From Terrimicrobiaceae bacterium (GTDB taxonomy: Bacteria; Verrucomicrobiota; Verrucomicrobiia; Chthoniobacterales; Terrimicrobiaceae): 13,586 nt of DNA. A program made the translations under genes and the position numbers. The notes beneath the pieces are model-generated. The model worked only from the letters and a program-made list of their open reading frames with translations, ran no database searches and had not been told where the DNA came from. Positions 1 through 6,890 of this stretch are shown here, in pieces (within the stretch, counting starts at the first letter, position 1; each line of letters begins with the position of its first letter). The stretch lies in contig JBIIPZ010000059.1 of NCBI GenBank assembly GCA_044342325.1, positions 1 through 13,586 of the forward strand, read 5' to 3'.

Positions 1-92
1 ATTTGCGGCATACCCCACTATCAGCACACGAGAGGAAGTCCTTCAATTCGGTTCATTGCGCTTCCTCGAAAGCGGTGCACGCCTCCCGAAGG

Positions 93-143
93 TCAGGATG
101 TCTGAGCCTATTTAATCAGGAAATCTGACTCTTCCCATTCAGG
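93..143. promoter_or_regulatory. Phased tandem imperfect palindromes TCAGGAnnTCTGA (93-105, 116-128) plus a half-site TCAGG (139-143); candidate transcription-factor operator array
   Basis: TCAGGATGTCTGA and TCAGGAAATCTGA are read directly. TCAGG starts at 93, 116 and 139, an exact 23-bp period, in non-coding DNA upstream of fbaA. Confidence 0.45.
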
Positions 144-239
144 CACCCACTCCGTGATTCAAAATTCGGCAACAGGACAGAAAAAGGTTGGGGATTGAAT
201 TGCAAGGAACCAACCGAGCGTGATAGAGACTTTTTCTTC

Positions 240-1313
240 ATGAATAATTCGAAATTTCGCGCAGGTGTTTTGTTTGGGGATGAAGTGAAATCCATGCTGG
301 ATTACGCAAAGGCGGAGAATTTTGCACTGCCAGCAGTGAATTGCATCGGGACAAGTTCCATCAATGCGGCTCTGGCTGCCGGGCGTGAGTTGAACTCCCC
401 GATGATGATCCAGTTCTCAAATGGGGGAGCGCAGTTTTTCATCGGTAAGGGAGTGAAGGGTGACAACCAACTCGGGCCAGTGCTGGGCGGCATAGCGGGT
501 GCCATCTACACCGATCAAGCCGCAAAAGCTTATGGCGTGCCAGTCATTCTGAACACCGATCACTGCGCAAAAAAATTGCTGCCTTGGATCGATGGATTGC
601 TCGCCGCGAGCGAGGAGCAATTCGCAAAAACCGGAAAACCCCTCTACAGCTCCCACATGCTCGATTTGTCCGAGGAGCCCCTACACGAAAATATCGAGGT
701 CTGCTGCCAGTATCTCAAGCGCATGGCTAAGATGGGCATGACCCTCGAAATCGAACTCGGCGTAACAGGCGGCGAGGAAGACGGCGTGGACAATAGCGAT
801 GTGCATGAATCCCGCCTCTACACCCAGCCCGAGGAAGTCGCGGCAATGTATGAAGCGCTCAGCGCAGTGAGCCCGAATTTCACCGTGGCTGCTGCCTTCG
901 GCAATGTGCATGGCGTCTACAAGCCGGGAAATGTGAAGCTCAAACCCTCAATCCTTCGAGACTCTCAGGAATACATTGAGAAAAAATTCAGCACGGGCCC
1001 CAAGCCGGTGAATTTTGTTTTCCACGGCGGCTCGGGCTCATCCCGCGAAGAAATTCGCGAGGCGATCGGCTATGGTGCCATCAAGATGAACTTGGATACA
1101 GATCTCCAGTGGGCCTACTGGGATGGCATTCGCGCCTACGAAGCCAAGAACCACGATTTCCTGCAAGGTCAGATCGGTAATCCGACAGGCCCAGACTCGC
1201 CGAACAAAAAATACTACGACCCTCGCGTCTGGATCGGTGCCGCTGAGGCAGCTTTCACCAAGCGCTTGGTGACCTCATTTGAGGATCTGAATTGCGTCGG
1301 GCGCAACGCCTGA
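240..1313 (+). CDS. fbaA: Class II fructose-bisphosphate aldolase (FbaA type), 357 aa
   Basis: Motifs FALPAVN, IQFSNGGA, TDHCAKKLLPWIDG, SSHMLDLSEE, EIELGVTGGEEDG, FGNVHGVYKPG, VFHGGSGS and PNKKYYDPRVW. Start set at ATG 240 (MNNSKF) rather than TTG 195. Confidence 0.97.
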   Translation: MNNSKFRAGVLFGDEVKSMLDYAKAENFALPAVNCIGTSSINAALAAGRELNSPMMIQFSNGGAQFFIGKGVKGDNQLGPVLGGIAGAIYTDQAAKAYGVPVILNTDHCAKKLLPWIDGLLAASEEQFAKTGKPLYSSHMLDLSEEPLHENIEVCCQYLKRMAKMGMTLEIELGVTGGEEDGVDNSDVHESRLYTQPEEVAAMYEALSAVSPNFTVAAAFGNVHGVYKPGNVKLKPSILRDSQEYIEKKFSTGPKPVNFVFHGGSGSSREEIREAIGYGAIKMNLDTDLQWAYWDGIRAYEAKNHDFLQGQIGNPTGPDSPNKKYYDPRVWIGAAEAAFTKRLVTSFEDLNCVGRNA

Positions 1314-1333
1314 TTCACGCCACAAAAAGTCAC

Positions 1334-1366
1334 GCGGATGCCTCAACTGGGGCATCCGCTTTTTTT
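1334..1366 (+). terminator. Rho-independent terminator of fbaA, possibly bidirectional
   Basis: Stem GCGGATGCC (1334-1342) / GGCATCCGC (1351-1359), extendable by T-G and C-G pairs around an AACT loop, followed by T7 (1360-1366). It lies between convergent genes, and A5 at 1324-1328 gives an offset U-tract on the minus strand. Confidence 0.9.
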
Positions 1367-1376
1367 AAAGCCCTAT

Positions 1377-1628
1377 TCAAAGCCGCCTGCCAGCGTCCGG
1401 GAGGGTAATCTCATAGACCGTGCAAGCGCCCTTGCCGGCTCCTTCATGCGGCTCAATGCCGAGTTGTTGATAGGCTCGCTCCAGCGCATCGGGATCATTC
1501 CGCAACTCGGGATAAATTTTCTTCAAGCGCTCTTTCACCCAGCGCTTGGCCATTTTTCGTTCTAATGGATGAATCGGCTCCTCACCATGGAGGCTCTGGC
1601 GAAGGAAATCCAGAAACGAGACTTTCAT
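1377..1628 (-). CDS. Small soluble hypothetical protein, 83 aa (MKVSFLDFLRQ...)
   Basis: The ATG at 1628 overlaps the upstream TGA (ATGA, 1625-1628). Composition is protein-like with amphipathic helices, and the ORF ends just before the terminator. No family recognised. Confidence 0.8.
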   Translation of the reverse strand: MKVSFLDFLRQSLHGEEPIHPLERKMAKRWVKERLKKIYPELRNDPDALERAYQQLGIEPHEGAGKGACTVYEITLPDAGRRL

Positions 1629-2296
1629 AGCCGCCCCATGAAATGCAGCGCGTTGGCCGCGAGGAAGAGGAGGTTTGTGACGATCAAAACCACCGCCGCA
1701 GGCGACCATCGCGTGAGCTTCAAGTCGGTATCCTCCGGATAAATCCTCGCCAGAAAAAATCCTGCCAGAGCGATCGAGGCGACACCAACCGCAGCGGGAA
1801 GCACGGCGAATCCCTCACCCCACGGATTCCAAAGCCACCAGAGGCGAGCCTCGGCAAGAAAAGCCGCGCCATTGAGAATTGTTGCAGCAAAAACCCCGGC
1901 CACAGAGGCAGCGAGTCCATTGATGCCCAGACCCGGACATGCGACGGCCATTGCGCGCTGGCAGAGCGTCAGGAGCGAAAAGGCCAACAACGGAGGAAGC
2001 AGCGGAAACACATTCCCGACACGCAAGACCGAGGGCCCCGTAAAACGAACCGGCCCCAATGGCCACCCCGACAGGGCGGTGAGAACAATCATTCCTGCGA
2101 AGCCAACAAGCACGACTCCTGCGCACATCCTCGCGCGCGAGAGTCCACCGACCTGCACCAGGACGATGTAGGCAGAAAGAGCCAGCAACAAAACCCACAC
2201 GGCATCCCACCAAGCCTGCGAGCCGGCCTCCTGAAAGAGCAAAACGGCACCAGCAGCAGTCCAAAGCGCGGCAATCCAAGAAATCGCCACACTCAT
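1625..2296 (-). CDS. Polytopic membrane protein, 223 aa, resembling the CruF/carotenoid-biosynthesis (Caroten_synth) family but degenerate
   Basis: The ATG at 2296 overlaps the upstream TGA and is preceded by GGGGAGGGG. About 7 hydrophobic segments. SGWPLGPVRFT..VFPLLPPLL and WWLW resemble the CruF TGxPFGxYxY..VPxxxP and WxW motifs. The CDS is well supported; the family is tentative. Confidence 0.6.
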   Translation of the reverse strand: MSVAISWIAALWTAAGAVLLFQEAGSQAWWDAVWVLLLALSAYIVLVQVGGLSRARMCAGVVLVGFAGMIVLTALSGWPLGPVRFTGPSVLRVGNVFPLLPPLLAFSLLTLCQRAMAVACPGLGINGLAASVAGVFAATILNGAAFLAEARLWWLWNPWGEGFAVLPAAVGVASIALAGFFLARIYPEDTDLKLTRWSPAAVVLIVTNLLFLAANALHFMGRL

Positions 2297-2787
2297 ATCC
2301 CCTCCCCCTGCTGGCGCTCCAACCTCCGGCGCTCGCGTCTTTTGAAAACAGGCAACATCACCGCATAGCTTATCGCCGCAGCCGGTGCGGATAGAAAGAG
2401 CGAACCAATGAGCATCGGCAGGCCAATGGTGAAAAATGTCGTCCACTTCATCAACTCGTGAATATGAAAATCCGTGACCGACGCCGGATGTGGAAGTCCG
2501 TCGAAAAAACCAACAACGCGAGAGCCAATCGCATACTCGATCTCCAACAACACAGGCCAAAATGGCGTCACCACATCATGCAAAGAGACAGCAATGACAG
2601 CAGCTATCGGATTGCAGCGCAAAACATAAGCCGCACCGATACAAAGAAGAGTCTTAAGACCAAAAAGCGGAGTAAAACCCATGAACATGCCTATAGCCAC
2701 CCCACCGGCCAAGGAGTGGGGCGCGTCGTGCAGATCCAGCAATTTCGAAACAAGCGACCGGAAATACCCAGCGATTTTCTTCAACAC
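2293..2787 (-). CDS. DUF2062-family membrane protein, 164 aa
   Basis: Pattern PHSLAGGVAIGMFMGFTPLFGLKT..RCNPIAA..P..EYAIG..LIGS with a basic C-terminal tail is typical of DUF2062. GTG start. Confidence 0.85.
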   Translation of the reverse strand: MLKKIAGYFRSLVSKLLDLHDAPHSLAGGVAIGMFMGFTPLFGLKTLLCIGAAYVLRCNPIAAVIAVSLHDVVTPFWPVLLEIEYAIGSRVVGFFDGLPHPASVTDFHIHELMKWTTFFTIGLPMLIGSLFLSAPAAAISYAVMLPVFKRRERRRLERQQGEGI

Positions 2788-2793
2788 GCCGCC

Positions 2794-2802
2794 ACCCTAT
2801 CA
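2794..2802 (-). promoter_or_regulatory. Extended -10 element (TGnTAGGGT) 6 nt before the GTG start; probable leaderless promoter
   Basis: The minus strand reads TGA-TAGGGT-GGCGGC-GTG, with no clear Shine-Dalgarno at normal spacing. Confidence 0.5.
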
Positions 2803-2848
2803 CGAACCCTCCAACCAGAGAAAACCGAAAACACCATCCTCGTTGGCG

Positions 2849-2884
2849 AACCAAAAATTTGGACGATCGTCCAAATTTTTGGTT
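2849..2884. promoter_or_regulatory. Perfect 36-bp palindrome AACCAAAAATTTGGACGA|TCGTCCAAATTTTTGGTT; candidate operator for the DtxR/MntR-type repressor domain
   Basis: Exact 18+18 inverted repeat with no spacer, centred between the divergent DUF2062 operon and troA. The palindrome is certain; its function is inferred. Confidence 0.65.
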
Positions 2885-2918
2885 TGGGCGGGTTGAGCAT
2901 CGCGTGTTGAGCATTCCC

Positions 2919-2947
2919 TTGCCAAGCGGGCGTCGGGGCTCCAATTT
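2919..2947 (+). promoter_or_regulatory. Putative sigma70-type promoter of the tro/ytg operon (TTGCCA-N17-CAATTT)
   Basis: TTGCCA at 2919-2924, a 17-nt spacer, CAATTT at 2942-2947, then 7 nt to ATG 2955 (leaderless geometry). The -10 match is weak. Confidence 0.35.
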
Positions 2948-2954
2948 TTGCGGT

Positions 2955-3857
2955 ATGAAATTTCTTTTGTGTGCGGCTATAGCTTTTTTGATGCTGGTGG
3001 TCGGCTCTGTCCGGGCCGAGATGGAAATTGTTTGCACGACTGGCATGGTGGCGGACCTCGTGCGCGAGGTGGCGGGGGGGAGGGCGAAAGTAACGGCTTT
3101 GATTTCCGATGGCGTGGATCCCCACCTCTACAAACCGACGCGTGACGATGTGGCGAGGCTGCTGAAGGCGGATGTCATTTTTTTCAGCGGACTCCATTTG
3201 GAGGGGCGCATGGAGGCGACATTTGAGAAGATGCGCCAGCGCGGCAAGTTGGTAACCGCTGTGACTTCGTCGATCCCCGAGGACAAGTTGCTCAAGGAGG
3301 GCGGAGCCGAGGATCCGCATGTATGGATGGATCCACTTGTCTGGGCCGGTTGCATCGAAGCCGTGGAAAAAACACTCGCCCAGGCCGACCCTCAAGGCGC
3401 ACAGGAATTCCAAGCAAATGCCGCGCGCTATCGCTCAACGCTCGAAGCAGCCTGCGAATGGATTCGGTCTGCTATCGCTACAATCCCCCCCGAGAAGCGC
3501 GTGCTCATTACGGCGCATGATGCGTTTCAATACTTCGGCCGAGCCACAGGGTTGCAGGTGCTCGGTTTGCAAGGCCTGAGCACGGAGTCCGAGGCGGGGG
3601 TTTCGGACATCAACCGCATCGTCGATGAGATCGTGAAACGCCAGATACCAGCTGTGTTTTTCGAGTCCACCCTCTCCGAGAAAAATATTCGCGCAGTTAT
3701 CGAAGGTGCCGCTGCGCGGGGACAGGCTGTGAAGCCCGGCGGCATGCTTTACTCCGACTCTCTCGGACCGGCGGGTTCCCCGGAGGGCACTTGCGAAGGG
3801 ATGCTCAAGCACAATACCCGCATGATCACAAATGCCCTGGGTGGCAGGACACCATGA
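2955..3857 (+). CDS. troA: Metal (Mn/Fe/Zn) ABC transporter substrate-binding protein, TroA/YtgA type, 300 aa
   Basis: Signal peptide [21 protein letters not shown]. Ligand motifs DPHLY, DPHVW, TAHDAF and YSDSLG give His/His/His/Asp as in TroA. No His-rich loop. Start set at ATG 2955. Confidence 0.93.
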   Translation: MKFLLCAAIAFLMLVVGSVRAEMEIVCTTGMVADLVREVAGGRAKVTALISDGVDPHLYKPTRDDVARLLKADVIFFSGLHLEGRMEATFEKMRQRGKLVTAVTSSIPEDKLLKEGGAEDPHVWMDPLVWAGCIEAVEKTLAQADPQGAQEFQANAARYRSTLEAACEWIRSAIATIPPEKRVLITAHDAFQYFGRATGLQVLGLQGLSTESEAGVSDINRIVDEIVKRQIPAVFFESTLSEKNIRAVIEGAAARGQAVKPGGMLYSDSLGPAGSPEGTCEGMLKHNTRMITNALGGRTP

Positions 3858-4627
3858 GCAAGGCCCCACTGGAAATCCGCTCCCTGAATGTCGCCTACCA
3901 CCGCAAGATGGTTCTCTGGGATGCCGACCTCTCGATCCGCCCTGGGCGTTCGACGGCTATCGTGGGCCCGAATGGAGCGGGGAAAAGCACACTACTGAAA
4001 GCCGCCCTGGGACTCATTCCAGCCGCCTCTGGGGAAATTCTTTTCTATGGCGAACCTCTCAAAAAAGTCCGCTCGCGCGTCGCCTATGTGCCCCAGCGCG
4101 AGAGTGTGGACTGGGATTTTCCAGTGAGCGCGAGGGATGTCGTGGCCATGGGCCTCTACAAAAAGATAGGCTGGTGCCTGCCTGTGCGAGCCTGTCACAG
4201 GCGCATGGCGGACGAGGCGTTGGCAGATGTGGGCTTGGCGGATTTTGCTGCTCGCCAGATCAGCCAACTCTCGGGCGGGCAGCAGCAGCGCGTCTTTCTG
4301 GCGCGGGCCTTGGCACAAAAGGCCGAACTGCACCTCATGGATGAGCCATTTGCCAGCGTGGATGCGGCCACGGAACAGGCTATTCTGACGCTGCTGAAGA
4401 AGCTCAAAGACCAGGGTGGAACTGTCGTTTGCGTGCACCACGATCTGGATACGGTGGCTGAGTATTTCGACGATGTGATTCTGTTGAACATGCGGGTCGT
4501 GGCCCAAGGACCGGCCGCAGAGGTTCTCACGCCCGACAATCTCCGCAAAACCTATGGCGCGCGGTTGACTCTCCTCGACGAGGCCGTGGTCGATCTCTCC
4601 CGCCCCGGAGCGCCGCGAGAATCCTGA
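3854..4627 (+). CDS. troB: Metal ABC transporter ATP-binding protein, 257 aa
   Basis: Walker [24 protein letters not shown], signature LSGGQQQR, Walker B LMDEPF and VHHDL. ATG 3854 overlaps the troA stop (ATGA). Confidence 0.95.
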   Translation: MSKAPLEIRSLNVAYHRKMVLWDADLSIRPGRSTAIVGPNGAGKSTLLKAALGLIPAASGEILFYGEPLKKVRSRVAYVPQRESVDWDFPVSARDVVAMGLYKKIGWCLPVRACHRRMADEALADVGLADFAARQISQLSGGQQQRVFLARALAQKAELHLMDEPFASVDAATEQAILTLLKKLKDQGGTVVCVHHDLDTVAEYFDDVILLNMRVVAQGPAAEVLTPDNLRKTYGARLTLLDEAVVDLSRPGAPRES

Positions 4628-4629
4628 CC

Positions 4630-5940
4630 ATGGAGTCCCTCTGGCGCGTCCTTTTGCTTCAAGATCACAACACTCGGGTTGTATTGGCCGGGGCGTGTCT
4701 TTTTGGGGCCGCTGCGGGCCTCGCCGGGACTTTTCTCCTGCTTCGCAAGCGCTCGCTGCTTGGCGACACCCTCGGCCATGCCACCCTGCCTGGCATCACT
4801 CTCGCCTTTTTGCTGGCCGAGACATTCGGCATTTCGCCGAGGTCCTTCCTGTGGCTTGCGATCGGTGCCACGATTTCTGGCGTGGCTGGAATGGGGGCCG
4901 TTTTGCTCATTCGAAAAGCAAGCCGGCTGAAGGATGACGCCGCTCTTGCCATTGTGCTCAGCGTTTTTTTTGGAGCTGGCATCGCCATGCTCAGTGCGAT
5001 CCAACAACTGCCCGGCGGGCAAGCGGCGGGTCTGGAGCGCTTGATTTACGGAAATCCCGCATCCATGACATCCGCCGATGCCTGGTTTGTGCTGCTGGCG
5101 TCGCTCTTGGTTGCAGCGATTTGCGGGTGTCTCTTCAAGGAATTCACCCTGCTCTGCTTCGACGAATCCTACGCCCTCACGGCGGGGTGGCCCGTGCGTC
5201 CACTCGACGCATTGCTCATGGGATTGGTTGTTTTAGTAACCATAGTGGGACTTCAAACAGTCGGCATATTGCTGGTCGTTGCCTTGCTTGTCATCCCCCC
5301 GGCGGCCGCCCGATTTTGGAGCGATGACCTGCGGGCGATGGCCCTCGTGGCGGCGGGAACTGGGGCGCTGAGTTCCTTGGCGGGTGTGGTAGCCAGCGCG
5401 GTTTTGCCCGGCCTTCCGACCGGTGCGCTAATCGTCCTCTCGGCCGCTCTTTTTTTTGGCGTGAGCCTGCTCGTTGGAAAAAAACGGGGGCTTATCATTC
5501 GGCATCTCCTGGAGCGGGAAGCCGCACGGCGATTGAGGCGGGAGCATGTTTTGCGTGCGATTTTCGAATGCGCCGAGGAGGGAAATCAAGTTGTGACACT
5601 CGACCAGATGCTCGCCAAGCGCCCTTGGAAAAAACAGGAACTCGCCTCTGAGATCTCACTCCTGACGGATGAGGGATTGCTCACCACAGATCCATCCGGT
5701 GCCAGTTTCCAATTGAACGGCCGTGGAGACAGCGAAGCACGAAGGTTGGTTCGAAACCACCGGCTTTGGGAAATTTATCTTCTCAACCACGCGGATGTCG
5801 CCCCGGCGCGGGTGGACCGCGATGCCGACCTGATCGAACATGTCCTCGACCAGCGCTTGGTCGATGAATTGGAAGATCTCCTCGATGAAAAGGCCCGCGA
5901 GCGCCTCGTGCCGGGGAATCCTGAGAAAGGCCTGCCATGA
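4630..5940 (+). CDS. troC: Metal ABC permease (ABC-3, TroC/YtgC) fused to a C-terminal DtxR/MntR-family metal-dependent repressor domain (YtgCR-like), 436 aa
   Basis: The N-terminal ~285 aa are hydrophobic, with LRKRSLLGDTLGHATLPG and GLQTVGILLVVALLVIPPAAARFW. The C-terminus from ~aa 305 has EHVLRAIFE, a winged-helix-like segment, and RLVRNHRLWEIYL..DADLIEHVL, the DtxR metal/dimerisation signature. Confidence 0.92.
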   Translation: MESLWRVLLLQDHNTRVVLAGACLFGAAAGLAGTFLLLRKRSLLGDTLGHATLPGITLAFLLAETFGISPRSFLWLAIGATISGVAGMGAVLLIRKASRLKDDAALAIVLSVFFGAGIAMLSAIQQLPGGQAAGLERLIYGNPASMTSADAWFVLLASLLVAAICGCLFKEFTLLCFDESYALTAGWPVRPLDALLMGLVVLVTIVGLQTVGILLVVALLVIPPAAARFWSDDLRAMALVAAGTGALSSLAGVVASAVLPGLPTGALIVLSAALFFGVSLLVGKKRGLIIRHLLEREAARRLRREHVLRAIFECAEEGNQVVTLDQMLAKRPWKKQELASEISLLTDEGLLTTDPSGASFQLNGRGDSEARRLVRNHRLWEIYLLNHADVAPARVDRDADLIEHVLDQRLVDELEDLLDEKARERLVPGNPEKGLP

Positions 5941-6845
5941 TCTGGACGGAACTCGACACATGGATCGTTCTCACTGGCGCATTGACGGCCATGGCCTGCG
6001 CGGTGCCCGGTGTTTTTCTGCTGCTGAACAAGCAAAGTATGCTCGGCGACGCAATAAGCCATGCGGTGCTGCCGGGCTTGGCGATCGGCTTTCTGGTCTC
6101 GGGCTCGCGGGATCCGCTTCCCATGTTCATTGGAGCTGTCCTTGCCGGACTTTTTACCGGCGTTGTCAGTGGAGTGATCGAGCGCCGTGGGCGTGTCGAA
6201 GCCGGAGCCTCCCTCGGCGTGGTTTTTTGCAGCCTCTTCGCTCTGGGACTTATTTTGATTCGCTTGGCGGCAGACCATGTGGATTTGGACCCCGGTTGCG
6301 TGCTGTATGGAGCGCTCGAGCTTGCGGTGATCGACTCCGCCACCGTGCCTCGCATCGTCTGGCAATCCGGTGCCATTTTGATTCTGAACCTCTTTCTTGC
6401 CGGCGTGTTCTTCAAAGAACTCCAGGTTGTGGCTTTTGATCCCCGTTTTGCCAAGGCGAGCGGGATTCCCTCAGGCTTGATCCAGCAGGGACTCACCGTG
6501 GTTACGGCCCTGACGACGGTCGTGGCCTTTGAAAGTGTTGGGAGTATTCTTGTCATCGCCATGCTCATCGTGCCAGGTGCCTCGGCCATGTTGCTGAGCC
6601 GAAGTGTCTCGGGAGTTCTGCTCTGGAGCCTCGTTGTGGCCATCAGCAGCGCTGTGCTGGGACATGTGTTGGCGATTTCGGTTGCACCGACCTGGCTGGG
6701 ATTGTTGACGGGGCGTCACGATCTGGGCTCGTTGAGTTCCGCAGGAATGATGGCAGCCAGCGCGGGTGGAATTTTCTTTAGCCTCCTAGCTGCATCGCGC
6801 CTTGCTCAGAGAGTTCGGAGTTCGACACAAAGACGCGCCGCGTGA
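5937..6845 (+). CDS. troD: Metal ABC permease (ABC-3, TroD/YtgD), 302 aa
   Basis: Motifs SMLGDAISHAVLPG, HVDLDPGCVLYG and AFESVGSILVIAMLIVP. ATGA overlap with the upstream gene. Confidence 0.93.
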   Translation: MIWTELDTWIVLTGALTAMACAVPGVFLLLNKQSMLGDAISHAVLPGLAIGFLVSGSRDPLPMFIGAVLAGLFTGVVSGVIERRGRVEAGASLGVVFCSLFALGLILIRLAADHVDLDPGCVLYGALELAVIDSATVPRIVWQSGAILILNLFLAGVFFKELQVVAFDPRFAKASGIPSGLIQQGLTVVTALTTVVAFESVGSILVIAMLIVPGASAMLLSRSVSGVLLWSLVVAISSAVLGHVLAISVAPTWLGLLTGRHDLGSLSSAGMMAASAGGIFFSLLAASRLAQRVRSSTQRRAA

Positions 6846-6890
6846 AGATCGGACAGAGGCTTTTTCTTCCCCCGCTCGGGCGTGTCGGGC

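Noticed and set aside
1..115. Possible 3' end of a plus-strand gene (open frames ending at TGA 105 or TAA 115), or a minus-strand start at 11
   Set aside because: Too short and unrecognisable to call as a CDS.
88..150. Minus-strand GGTGCC..AATGGGAA..AGTCAGA..CCTG resembling cobalamin riboswitch fragments
   Set aside because: The core (GGTG.AA.TCC, GCCCCCGC.ACTGT) is missing and the spacing is far too short. The TCAGG repeats explain it better.
1643..2368. 241-aa Arg/Gln-rich plus-strand ORF
   Set aside because: Its composition is what the reverse complement of a hydrophobic membrane-protein gene produces, and the minus-strand gene is ATGA-coupled on both sides.
2849..2884. Palindrome as an intrinsic terminator, IS end or CRISPR repeat
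   Set aside because: It lies between divergent genes, has no loop, is single-copy in the window, and has no transposase, spacers or cas genes nearby.
2788..2954. yybP-ykoY (Mn) riboswitch upstream of troA
   Set aside because: No GGGGAGTA or GAGACC signature, and the apparent promoter leaves no leader.
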